Source of the DNA: Pseudoflavonifractor sp.
GTDB lineage: Bacteria; Bacillota; Clostridia; Oscillospirales; Oscillospiraceae
Length of the DNA stretch: 64,000 nt
NCBI RefSeq assembly: GCF_050943825.1
Contig: NZ_JBMNPX010000010.1
Coordinates: 7,771-71,770 of the forward strand
Reading direction: 5' to 3'
The stretch's first letter is position 1, and each line of letters opens with the position of its first letter. The notes below the pieces were generated by a model that saw nothing but the letters and a program-made list of their open reading frames with translations, was not told the DNA's origin and ran no database searches. The position numbers and the translations under genes are program-made. Of this stretch, positions 38,617-47,335 are shown piece by piece.

Positions 38617-39606
38617 TCAGGCGTTGTAGCCGTTGGGGTGGGCCTTGTGCCAGGCCCAGGCGGTGGAGATGATGGTCTCCAGATTGTCGTACTGGGGCTT
38701 CCAGCCCAGAACGGTCTTGGCCTTCTCCGAGGAGGCCACCAGCTGGGCCGGGTCGCCGGCACGGCGGGGGGAGACCACGGCGGGGATGGGGTGGCCGGTC
38801 ACCTTGCGGGCGCACTCGATGACCTCGTTGACGGTGAAGCCCACGCCGTTGCCCAGGTTGAACACGTTGTTCTCCCCGCCCTGGAGCAGGTAGTCCAGCG
38901 CCAGGATGTGGGCCTGGGCCAGGTCGGTGACGTGGATGTAGTCCCGGACGCAGGTGCCGTCCCGGGTGGGATAGTCGTCGCCGAACACGCTCACCGCCTC
39001 ACGCTGGCCGTTGGGCACCTGGAGGATGATGGGCACCAGATGGGTCTCCGGGTTGTGGGCCTCGCCAATGGCGCCGGAGGGATGGGCGCCGCAGGCGTTG
39101 AAGTACCGCAGGGCCACGTACCGCAGGCCGTGGGCGCGGGACACCCAGCTCATCATGTGCTCCATGGCCAGCTTGGTCTCGCCGTAGCAGTTGGTGGGCT
39201 GGGTCTTGTCGCCCTCCAGGATGGGCACCTGCTCGGGCTCACCGTAGGTGGCGGCGGTGGAGGAGAAGACAATCTTGTCCACACCGTGGGCCACCATGGA
39301 GGCCAGGAGCACCATAGTGCCGCCCAGGTTGTTGTCGTAGTACTTGAGGGGGTCGCTCATGCTTTCGCCCACCTGGGAGGAGGCGGCGAAGTGGATGACG
39401 CCCTCGATGTTCTCCTTCTCGAACAGGGCGTCCATGGCGGCGCGGTCCCGGATGTCCGCCTGATAGAACCGGGCCTTGGGGTGGACCGCCGCCTTGAAGC
39501 CGGTCTGCAGGTTATCGGCCACAACCACGTCCCGGCCGGCGTCGATGAGCTCATATACCGTGTGGGAGCCGATGTACCCGGCTCCGCCCAATACCAGAAT
39601 CGCCAT
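38617..39606 (-). CDS. galE: UDP-glucose 4-epimerase
   Basis: GGAGYIGSH, FSSTAATYG, YGETK, RYFN, GTCVRDYIHV. Confidence 0.97.
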   Translation of the reverse strand: MAILVLGGAGYIGSHTVYELIDAGRDVVVADNLQTGFKAAVHPKARFYQADIRDRAAMDALFEKENIEGVIHFAASSQVGESMSDPLKYYDNNLGGTMVLLASMVAHGVDKIVFSSTAATYGEPEQVPILEGDKTQPTNCYGETKLAMEHMMSWVSRAHGLRYVALRYFNACGAHPSGAIGEAHNPETHLVPIILQVPNGQREAVSVFGDDYPTRDGTCVRDYIHVTDLAQAHILALDYLLQGGENNVFNLGNGVGFTVNEVIECARKVTGHPIPAVVSPRRAGDPAQLVASSEKAKTVLGWKPQYDNLETIISTAWAWHKAHPNGYNA

Positions 39607-39641
39607 GGAAATTACCTCCTAGTTTTTTGATTGCCTGCGGC

Positions 39642-40940
39642 TCAGCCCGCCACCAGGCAGCCGCCCTCGGGGCGGATGGACAGCATGTGGCACATATCCT
39701 TGCCCAGCAGCTCCTCCATAGCGGAGAGGAAGGCGGGCAGCTTGTCGTTGGGCACGAAGGCCTGGACGGTGCCGGCGAAGCCGCCGCCGTGGACCCGGAC
39801 GGCGCCGGTGCCCTGGAGCACCTCTTCAGCGGCCCACAGCACCATGGGGATGGCCTGCTGCTTGGGGTCGGAGGGGGCGAAGGTGTTCTGGAGGTACAGG
39901 CTGGAGGACATGCCGGAGGCCCGCACCAGGGCCAGGAAGGCGGCGAAGTCGCCCTTCTCCAGGGCCTGGGCCTCCTGCACAGCCCGGCGGTTCTCGTCGA
40001 AGAAGTGGATGGCCCGCAGCACCGCCCGGTCGCCCAGAGCCTTGCGCAGCTCGGGGATGGTGGCCCGGAAGGTGGTCTCGTCCACGTCGCGCAGCACTTC
40101 CTTGCCGAAGCAGGCGGCCACCGACTTCATCTCGTTGGTGATGGCGGCGTAGGCGTCGGTCAGGTCGGCGTGGTCGGCGCCCGAGTTGATGATGCACAGG
40201 GTGTGGCCGGTGGCGGGGAAGTCGAAGTCCACCTTGCGCACCACGGGGGCGGAGGGGTCCTGGAAGTCGATGGACACCACGCCGCCCACGGCGGAGGCGG
40301 TCTCGTCCATCAGGCCGCAGGGCTTGCCGAAGAACACGTTCTCGGCGTACTGGCCAATCTGGGCCACCTGGACGGGGGTAAAGACCTGATTGCAGAAGAG
40401 CACGTTGAAGATGGTGCCCACCAGCACCTCGTAGGCGGCGGAGGAGGACAGGCCGGACCCGGCGGGCACGGAGGAGCAGACGTAGGCGTCAAAGCCTGCG
40501 GGAGCCTGGCCCAGCTCGGTCATCCGGGCGGCCACGCCCCGCACCAGGGAGGCGGAGGTCTCCTTCTCGCTCTCAACGGGGGAGAGATTGGACAGGTCCA
40601 CCGTCAGTACCGGGTAGCCCTCCGAGTGGATGCGCACCTGATTGGTGCCGTTGGGGGCGGCTACGGACAGCATGTCCATGTTCACGCTGGCGGCCAGCAC
40701 GCAGCCGTGCTGGTGGTCGGTGTGGTTGCCGCCCAGCTCGGTGCGGCCGGGGCTGCTGAACAGGGCCACCTGGACGTCGTCCCCGGCTGAGAAGAGCTCC
40801 TGGTAGCGCTTCACGGCCTCAATGGCCCGGGCGCGGACGGCCTCCAGTTTTTCGCCGCCATTGCAGCAGTACAGGTGATTGAGTCGCTCGTCCCAGGTGC
40901 CGCCGGAGAGCTGATCCATCAGAGTTTTACAGGAAAGCAT
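39642..40940 (-). CDS. galK: Galactokinase
   Basis: PGRTELGGNHTDH, PAGSGLSSSA, GKPCGLMD, GGGFAG GHMP motifs. Confidence 0.95.
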   Translation of the reverse strand: MLSCKTLMDQLSGGTWDERLNHLYCCNGGEKLEAVRARAIEAVKRYQELFSAGDDVQVALFSSPGRTELGGNHTDHQHGCVLAASVNMDMLSVAAPNGTNQVRIHSEGYPVLTVDLSNLSPVESEKETSASLVRGVAARMTELGQAPAGFDAYVCSSVPAGSGLSSSAAYEVLVGTIFNVLFCNQVFTPVQVAQIGQYAENVFFGKPCGLMDETASAVGGVVSIDFQDPSAPVVRKVDFDFPATGHTLCIINSGADHADLTDAYAAITNEMKSVAACFGKEVLRDVDETTFRATIPELRKALGDRAVLRAIHFFDENRRAVQEAQALEKGDFAAFLALVRASGMSSSLYLQNTFAPSDPKQQAIPMVLWAAEEVLQGTGAVRVHGGGFAGTVQAFVPNDKLPAFLSAMEELLGKDMCHMLSIRPEGGCLVAG

Positions 40941-40997
40941 GTGCAATCACTCCCAAATCAAATTATGGTGATGCCTTATCGTGCCTTTAGTATATTT

Positions 40998-41014
40998 AAT
41001 TTTTACTAAAAATT
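40998..41014. promoter_or_regulatory. Probable GalR/LacI operator upstream of galK
   Basis: Palindrome AATTTTT-ACT-AAAAATT, with a matching site upstream of the LacI gene. Confidence 0.65.
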
Positions 41015-41105
41015 CAACTGCAATATTTGCCCTTTCCGCAAGTTCAGCGTTCCACACAAAAACAGACGGCCCAATTGTGCAGAAAAGCAAAGAAGGGGGC
41101 AGAAT

Positions 41106-42146
41106 TTACCTTGAAACAGGGGCTGCGGTGCTCTCGCGGACGGCCAGGGTGGGGGGGACCACCACCTTCTGGGGCAGGGTACGCACCGGGCGGCCCGCCA
41201 CGGAGGAGCAGCGCTCCCCCAGCAGGCCCACGGCGGTGCGGGCCATCTCGTCGGCGTGGGTGGACACCGAGGTGAGGGGCGGGGTCATGAGCTGGGACAG
41301 GGGGGTGTCGTTGAAGGAGACCAGGGACACGTCTCCGGGCACCGACAGCCCTCTGGCCTCCAGGGCACGGCTGGCGCCCATGGCGTTCTCCTCGTTGGCG
41401 GCCAGGAAGGCGGTGGGCGGATTGGGGCACCGGTCCAGGAAGGCGGACATGGCTGCCGCCGTGGCCCGGCTCTCCATGGGGGCCTCCACCAGCAGGGAGG
41501 GGTCCAGCAGGCCCCGCTCCTCCATCATGGACATAAAGCAGCTCCGCCGCACCTCGGGGGCAGGCTCCTTGCAGTCCCCCAGCTTCTCCGCCGGGCCGAT
41601 GAAGCCAATGCGGGTGTGGCCCAGGGAGAGGAGATGGTCCAGGGCCAGGCGGATGCCCAGGGCATAGTTGAGCACCACCGAGTCAAAACGGGCCTCATCG
41701 GGGGAGGAGTCCAGAAACACCAGGTTGGGGTGAATGGCGGCCAGAGCCGCCTGCTGTTCCCGGGTGAAAATTCCGATGGCGATGATGCCGTCCAGCGCGG
41801 CGCCCTCCGGCGGGGCAAAGTCCTCCTCGCCGCGCCGTTCCAGCGGGAGAAAGGCGTACTTGCGCTCCCCGCACGCCTGCTCCACAAAATTGCGCAGATA
41901 GAGGTAATAGGGGTCGGCCAGCTGCTGCTCGGGCGTGAGCATTTCTGCCACGCCCACCCGCAGCAGTACCTTGGGCGTCCGTCCCCGGCGGCTGCGGGTG
42001 GCGGCATAATCCAGACGCCCCGCCTCCTCCAGCACCCGCTTTCTTGCCTCATCGCTGACCGCAAGCGACGGATCCCCCGTCAGAATCCGGGAGATGGTGG
42101 CAGGGGAGTAGCCCGTGCGGTCAGAGAGCTCTTTCAGCGTTGCCAT
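41106..42146 (-). CDS. LacI-family regulator (GalR/EbgR-like)
   Basis: ATLKELSDRTGYSPATISRIL HTH, IGFIG, SLVSFND..P.LTSV. Adjacent to galKET. Confidence 0.93.
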   Translation of the reverse strand: MATLKELSDRTGYSPATISRILTGDPSLAVSDEARKRVLEEAGRLDYAATRSRRGRTPKVLLRVGVAEMLTPEQQLADPYYLYLRNFVEQACGERKYAFLPLERRGEEDFAPPEGAALDGIIAIGIFTREQQAALAAIHPNLVFLDSSPDEARFDSVVLNYALGIRLALDHLLSLGHTRIGFIGPAEKLGDCKEPAPEVRRSCFMSMMEERGLLDPSLLVEAPMESRATAAAMSAFLDRCPNPPTAFLAANEENAMGASRALEARGLSVPGDVSLVSFNDTPLSQLMTPPLTSVSTHADEMARTAVGLLGERCSSVAGRPVRTLPQKVVVPPTLAVRESTAAPVSR

Positions 42147-42157
42147 AGCGGTCCTCC

Positions 42158-42174
42158 TTTTTTTAGTAAAAAAA
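42158..42174. promoter_or_regulatory. Probable autoregulatory LacI operator
   Basis: TTTTTTT-AGT-AAAAAAA immediately upstream of the regulator RBS. Confidence 0.6.
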
Positions 42175-42263
42175 TTGTACCACAGTTTCAACAAAGACAC
42201 AAGAAGGAAGCACAGAGAAAATAGGAGTTTTGCAGCGAGAATGTAAAACTATTGTAAAGTCTA

Positions 42264-42293
42264 TTGACGCTGGATTTTACAATTTGATATACT
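42264..42293 (+). promoter_or_regulatory. Promoter of the Na/Pi cotransporter leader
   Basis: TTGACG, 18 bp, extended -10 TG-a-TATACT. Confidence 0.6.
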
Positions 42294-42401
42294 TTACCCG
42301 TATCGTCTGATGAACATGATTTAAGAGAGGGTTATGCACATGATGGATGACGCCGCGTGCTGGCGCCTGCATCAGCTGCCGGACAGAATAAGAGAAATCT
42401 G

Positions 42402-42458
42402 AGAGTATGACCTGCGTTCCGGGCTTCCGGGAGGCGGGCTGTACTCTTTTTTCTTTTT
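42402..42458 (+). terminator. Leader (attenuator-type) terminator upstream of the Na/Pi gene
   Basis: Stems agagtat/gtactct, cctgc/gcggg and ttccgg/ccggga, loop gctt, then TTTTTTCTTTTT, about 50 nt before the ATG. Confidence 0.6.
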
Positions 42459-42508
42459 GTCGAAACCGGCGGAAAAAGAACTGTGTGTAAGGAGTAAGGA
42501 GAAAGAGA

Positions 42509-44149
42509 ATGAAAATTACCGACATATTGAGTCTGTTGGGCGGTCTGGCCCTGTTCCTCCACGGAATGCAGATGATGAGCTCCGGCCTGGAGGCCGCCGC
42601 GGGCAACCGCATGAAGAGCATCCTGGAGAAGCTCACCTCCAACCGCCTGCTGGGCGTGCTGGTGGGCGCGGTCATCACCGCCGTCATCCAGTCCTCCTCC
42701 GCCACCACGGTCATGGTGGTGGGCTTCGTCAACTCGGGCATGATGAACCTGCGCCAGGCCGTGTGGATTATCATGGGCGCCAACATCGGCACCACCATCA
42801 CCGGTCAGCTCATCGCCCTGGACGTAGGCGTACTGGCCCCGCTGCTCGCTTTCCTCGGCATTGCGCCCATGGTGTTCATGAAAAATCCAAAAGTCCACCA
42901 CATCGGCAGCATCCTGGCCGGTCTGGGCATCCTGTTCATCGGCATGGACATGATGAGCGCCGCCATGGAGCCCCTGCGGGATTCCCAGACCTTTATTAAC
43001 CTGGTGTCCACTTTCTCCAACCCCCTGGTGGGCATTCTCACCGGCGCCATTTTCACCGCCATCATCCAGTCCTCCTCTGCGTCGGTGGGCATCCTTCAGG
43101 CCTTGGCCATGAGCGGCGTGGTGACACTGCCTACGGCTGTGTATGTCCTTTTCGGCCAGAACATCGGTACCTGCATCACCGCCGTGCTGGCCGCCATCGG
43201 CACCAGCCGCAATGCCAAGCGCACCACCGTTATCCATCTCTCCTTTAATATTATCGGTACTATCATCTTCACCATTGCCTGTATGTCTACACCTCTGACC
43301 CGCTTTGTCGCGAACCTGACGCCGGACAATGCTGCCGCCCAGATTGCCAACATGCACACCCTCTTCAACGTGGTCACCACCCTGCTGCTCCTGCCTGTGG
43401 GCGGTCATCTGGTCAACCTGGCCATGCACATCCTTCCCGACCGGAAGGAGGAGAAGGAGGAGGGTATGCACCTGCAGTACCTCAAGCCCATCACCGTGGA
43501 CAAGGACCGCTCCATCGCCATCGGTACCTCCGCTATCTACCTCAACCAGATCCGCAGCGAGCTCCACCGCATGCTGGGCAAGGCCCGGGGCAATATCGAC
43601 CTGGCCTTCCAGGCTGTGCTGGAGGTCAAGCCTGAGCTGCTGGAAAAGGCCGAGGAGACCGAGACCTATATCGACTACCTGAACAAGGAGATCTCCCAGT
43701 ATATCTCCAAGGTCATCGCCCACGAGACCAATGAGACCGACTCCGCCGCCGTGTCCGCCTACTTCAAGATTACCGGCAACATCGAGCGCATCGGCGACCA
43801 CGCCGTGAATATCTGTGAGTACAGCACCATGATGGAGAAGAAGGGCATCCATTTCTCCGAGGGCGCCAAGGACGAGCTGCGGGAGATGCGGGACGTGTGC
43901 CTGGAGGCGCTGGACACCCTGGCCGCCGACGCCGACGTGTCCCAGGGCTGGCTCAGCTCCATGGAAAAGCTGGAGCAGCGCATTGACGACATGACCGCAG
44001 AGTTCCGTCAGAACCAGCTGGACCGCATGAAGAGCGGCTCCTGCTCCGACGAGGCCTGCATCCTCTTCTCCGAGCTGCTCACCGACTTTGAGCGTATCGG
44101 CGACCACGCCCTGAACATCGCCCAGGAGCGCACCGCCGCCGCACGGTAA
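42509..44149 (+). CDS. Na+/Pi cotransporter family protein with PhoU-like C-terminal domains
   Basis: QSSSATT, GANIGTT, QSSSASV, GQNIGTC repeats; two LERIGDHA-type PhoU motifs. Confidence 0.93.
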   Translation: MKITDILSLLGGLALFLHGMQMMSSGLEAAAGNRMKSILEKLTSNRLLGVLVGAVITAVIQSSSATTVMVVGFVNSGMMNLRQAVWIIMGANIGTTITGQLIALDVGVLAPLLAFLGIAPMVFMKNPKVHHIGSILAGLGILFIGMDMMSAAMEPLRDSQTFINLVSTFSNPLVGILTGAIFTAIIQSSSASVGILQALAMSGVVTLPTAVYVLFGQNIGTCITAVLAAIGTSRNAKRTTVIHLSFNIIGTIIFTIACMSTPLTRFVANLTPDNAAAQIANMHTLFNVVTTLLLLPVGGHLVNLAMHILPDRKEEKEEGMHLQYLKPITVDKDRSIAIGTSAIYLNQIRSELHRMLGKARGNIDLAFQAVLEVKPELLEKAEETETYIDYLNKEISQYISKVIAHETNETDSAAVSAYFKITGNIERIGDHAVNICEYSTMMEKKGIHFSEGAKDELREMRDVCLEALDTLAADADVSQGWLSSMEKLEQRIDDMTAEFRQNQLDRMKSGSCSDEACILFSELLTDFERIGDHALNIAQERTAAAR

Positions 44150-44158
44150 TACAGCTTT

Positions 44159-44248
44159 CCGCGCCCCACATGGGTGGGGATGTACCGTCGTAATTGATGT
44201 GAAAGTAACCTTCCGTACCGCAAACCCCACAGGAGTGGGGACAACCTG
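44159..44248 (+). CRISPR. Orphan degenerate type I-E-like mini-array (2 repeats, 1 spacer)
   Basis: R1 44159-44187 CCGCG-CCCCAC-ATGG-GTGGGG-ATGTACCG; 32-nt spacer 44188-44219; R2 44220-44248 GCAAA-CCCCAC-AGGA-GTGGGG-ACAACCTG. Period 61 bp. No cas gene in the window. Confidence 0.55.
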
Positions 44249-44293
44249 TTCCGTGCCCCTCAGCCGGGCATGGAGCAGACACACAAAAAACAG

Positions 44294-44332
44294 TCCGGCC
44301 CAGTCCCGAAAGGGACCGGGCCGGATTTTTTT
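44294..44332 (+). terminator. Terminator after the Na/Pi gene and mini-array
   Basis: tccggcccagtccc-GAAA-gggaccgggccgga followed by TTTTTTT. Confidence 0.8.
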
Positions 44333-44362
44333 GCTGTGGGCGGCGGAGACATGGGGCGTCCG

Positions 44363-44827
44363 TCACCTGGGCGGATGGCATTTGGAGCAGGGGGTATAGC
44401 CGCTGGCTTTGGCCTCCTCAAGAGAGATGGGAATCTGGCTCCTGCTGAGGTACTGGCACCCGTCCGAGTGGTACTTCTCACCGGTCCTGGTGACATAGAC
44501 CACTACCTCCACCGGCTCCTCCGAGAGGGTCGTGACAGGGGATTCCGAGACCGGAGCTGTGCTGGGAGAGGGCTCCGGGACCGGGCCGGAAGGAGTGGGA
44601 GAGGGATCCGGCGCCGGGGCAGAAGGACTGGGGGAGACGTCTGACTGGAGCGGAGACGGGTCGGGCTGGTCTGGAGTCAGGGCAGGGGTGCCGGTGGACT
44701 GCACCTGGACGGCGGACGGACCGGCGGGAGACGCGCTGGGGGAGACGGAGACGGTACCGGCAGCGCAGGAACAGAGCAGCACCAGGGAGACGAGCAGGGG
44801 GAGAAGGCGCTTTTTGATGGAATCCAT
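44363..44827 (-). CDS. Probable lipoprotein with a Pro/Ser-rich linker and C-terminal Cys/His metal-binding domain
   Basis: Lipobox LLCSC; VYVTRTGEKYH..C..L...GYTPCSKC; RBS AAGGAGG. Confidence 0.8.
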   Translation of the reverse strand: MDSIKKRLLPLLVSLVLLCSCAAGTVSVSPSASPAGPSAVQVQSTGTPALTPDQPDPSPLQSDVSPSPSAPAPDPSPTPSGPVPEPSPSTAPVSESPVTTLSEEPVEVVVYVTRTGEKYHSDGCQYLSRSQIPISLEEAKASGYTPCSKCHPPR

Positions 44828-44999
44828 AGAAAACCCTCCTTTTTCCATGCCTCCAGTATAGAGAATATAGGGGGCGAGGAAGGTCGAAAAGGGACGAAGC
44901 ACCCGGAAGGACGACAGAACAGGAGAGCGGTGAGGAAATAAATGGACGGAATAAAAAAGAAAAAACCCGAAGTCCTTGAAATCAAAGACTTCGGGTTTT

Positions 45000-45090
45000 T
45001 GGCGCAGAAGGAGGGATTTGAACCCTCGCACGGTTTTACCCGCCTACTCCCTTAGCAGGGGAGCCCCTTCGGCCACTTGGGTACTTCTGC
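45000..45090 (-). tRNA. tRNA-Ser (GCT)
   Basis: GCAGAAG/CTTCTGC acceptor stem, CTCCC-CT GCT AA-GGGAG, long variable arm, CCA. Confidence 0.97.
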
Positions 45091-45153
45091 GTATCGGCCG
45101 GGATGCGCATGTGCATCTTACAACTCTCTTGTCCATTTTTCGAAGAGAAAAAA

Positions 45154-45240
45154 TGGCGGAGAGAGTGGGATTCGAACCCACGGCTCTTGCGAGTCACCGG
45201 TTTTCAAGACCGGCTCCTTAAACCACTCGGACATCTCTCC
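45154..45240 (-). tRNA. tRNA-Ser (TGA)
   Basis: GGAGAGA/TCTCTCC acceptor stem, CCGGT-CT TGA AA-ACCGG, long variable arm, CCA. Confidence 0.97.
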
Positions 45241-45270
45241 ACGCCCGGGTTCCAATCAGATGCGAAAAGA

Positions 45271-45299
45271 ATAATATCACATCCTGGTCGGCTTGTCAA
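45271..45299 (-). promoter_or_regulatory. Promoter of the tRNA-Ser pair
   Basis: TTGACA, 17 bp, TG-a-TATTAT on the minus strand. Confidence 0.8.
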
Positions 45300-45496
45300 C
45301 TACAAAATTGCAAAATGAGAAAAAAGAGGGGAGCCAGGTGTGGGCGGTGAGCTCCGGCAGGAGGAAGAAACCACCAAAAAGGGTGCTGGGCGGCGAAATA
45401 AGTTTGAAAAAGCAGAAAATGGACTTGCCAAGCGCACATATAAAGGGTAGAATATAACGGTTAACGAAAAATGGAACGGACTGACGGGGGTTTGTC

Positions 45497-47335
45497 ATGA
45501 ATCGTAGTCTGGAACGCATCCTGCCCAGGGTGCAGAAGCCTGCCCGGTACACGGGCGGAGAATACAACGCGGTGGTCAAGGACCGGCGGAAGGTGGAGGT
45601 GCGGTATGCCCTCTGCTTCCCGGATACCTATGAAATCGGCATGTCCAATCTGGGTGTGCGCATCCTCTACGGCGTGATGAACAACCTGCCCTGGTGCTGG
45701 TGTGAGCGGGTGTTCGCCCCCTGGGGGGACATGGAGGAGGAGATGCGCGCCGAGGGCCTGCCTCTCTACGGCCTGGAGAGCGGCGACTCCATCGCGGATT
45801 TTGACCTCATCGGCTTCTCGCTGGGCTACGAGATGGCCTACACCAACGTGCTTAATATGCTGGACCTGGCCGGTCTGCCCGTGCGGGCGGAGGAGCGGCA
45901 TGCGCTGTCTCCTATTATCGTAGCGGGCGGCACCTGCGCCTTCAACCCGGAGCCGCTGGCCCCCTTTGTGGACATCTTCTCCCTGGGCGAGGGTGAGGAC
46001 GTGTCGGTGGAGCTGCTGGAGCTGTACCGCAAGGCCAAGAGCGAGGGCTGGGAGAAGGAGGAGTTCCTTCTGGCCGCGGCCAAGATTCCCGGGCTGTACG
46101 TGCCCTCCCTCTATGATATCTCTTACCATGAGGACGGCACTGTGGCGGCCATCACGCCCCGGGACGGCGCGCCCGAGGTGGTGACCAAGCGGATTGTCCA
46201 GGACTTTAACAAGTCCTATTTCCCGGTCAAGACCATCGTGCCCTCCACTGAGATCACCCAGGACAAGGTGACTCTGGAGGTGTTCCGCGGCTGTATCCGC
46301 GGCTGCCGGTTCTGTCAGGCGGGGTACGCCTACCGGCCCGTCCGGTCCCGCGACCCGGAGCTGCTGGTGAAGTACGGCATTGAGGCCTGCAAGGACTCGG
46401 GCTACCAGGAGATGACCCTGTCGTCCCTGTCCACCAGCGACTACCGCCACCTGCTCAAGCTGTGCGACGGGCTGCTGGAGTGGTGCGAGCCGGAGAAGGT
46501 GAGCCTGGCGCTGCCCTCCCTGCGGGCGGACAACTTCTCCATGAACCTGATGCACCGCCTTCAGCACGGCAAGAAGTCCGGACTGACCTTTGCGCCCGAG
46601 GCGGGTACCCAGCGCCTGCGGGACGCCATCAATAAGAACGTCACCGAGGAGGACCTGCTCCAGTCCTGCCGTACCGCCTTCTCAGGCGGCTGGTCGTCGG
46701 TGAAGCTGTACTTCATGCTGGGCCTGCCCACCGAGACCGACGAGGACGTGCTGGGCATTGCCGACCTGGCGGAGAAGGTGTATCAGGCCTGGCGTGAGAC
46801 CACGCCGGAGCCCCGCCGCGGCGTGCGGATTACGGTCTCCACCTCCTTCTTTGTGCCCAAGCCCCACACCGCCTTCCAGTGGGAGGCGCAGATCTCCATG
46901 GAGGAGTACCAGCGGCGGGTGAAGCTGCTGCGGGACAACATGCGGGGCCGTTCCATCAGCTACAACTGGCACGACCCGGACACCAGCGTGCTGGAGGCGG
47001 TGTTTGCCCGGGGTGACCGCCGTGTGGCCGACGTCATCGAGGAGGCCTGGCGGAACGGGGCCAAGTTCGACTCCTGGAGCGAGTACTTTGACTTCCAGCG
47101 CTGGCAGGACGCCTTTGCCGCCTGCGGATTGTCCATGGACTTCTACGCCACCCGCCAGCGGGACAAGGACGAGATTCTGCCCTGGGACATGATCTCCACC
47201 GGCGTGCGCAAGCCCTTCCTGTGGCGTGAGCGGGAGCAGTGCTACCAGAACAGGATTACCCCCGACTGCCGGAAGCAGTGCACCGGCTGCGGGGCGGACA
47301 AGCTCTATCCGGGAGGTAAGTGCGATGCGGAATAG
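45497..47335 (+). CDS. TIGR03960-family B12-binding-like radical SAM protein
   Basis: VQKPARYTGGE, FPDTYEIGMS, CIRGCRFC (CxxxCxxC), GLTFAPEAG. Promoter TTGCCA-17-TAGAAT at 45425-45453. Confidence 0.92.
   Translation: MNRSLERILPRVQKPARYTGGEYNAVVKDRRKVEVRYALCFPDTYEIGMSNLGVRILYGVMNNLPWCWCERVFAPWGDMEEEMRAEGLPLYGLESGDSIADFDLIGFSLGYEMAYTNVLNMLDLAGLPVRAEERHALSPIIVAGGTCAFNPEPLAPFVDIFSLGEGEDVSVELLELYRKAKSEGWEKEEFLLAAAKIPGLYVPSLYDISYHEDGTVAAITPRDGAPEVVTKRIVQDFNKSYFPVKTIVPSTEITQDKVTLEVFRGCIRGCRFCQAGYAYRPVRSRDPELLVKYGIEACKDSGYQEMTLSSLSTSDYRHLLKLCDGLLEWCEPEKVSLALPSLRADNFSMNLMHRLQHGKKSGLTFAPEAGTQRLRDAINKNVTEEDLLQSCRTAFSGGWSSVKLYFMLGLPTETDEDVLGIADLAEKVYQAWRETTPEPRRGVRITVSTSFFVPKPHTAFQWEAQISMEEYQRRVKLLRDNMRGRSISYNWHDPDTSVLEAVFARGDRRVADVIEEAWRNGAKFDSWSEYFDFQRWQDAFAACGLSMDFYATRQRDKDEILPWDMISTGVRKPFLWREREQCYQNRITPDCRKQCTGCGADKLYPGGKCDAE

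Noticed and set aside
44249-44332. Third CRISPR repeat 32 nt after R2
   Set aside because: The next hairpin is a GAAA-loop terminator with a T-tract and lacks the CCCCAC/GTGGGG stem.
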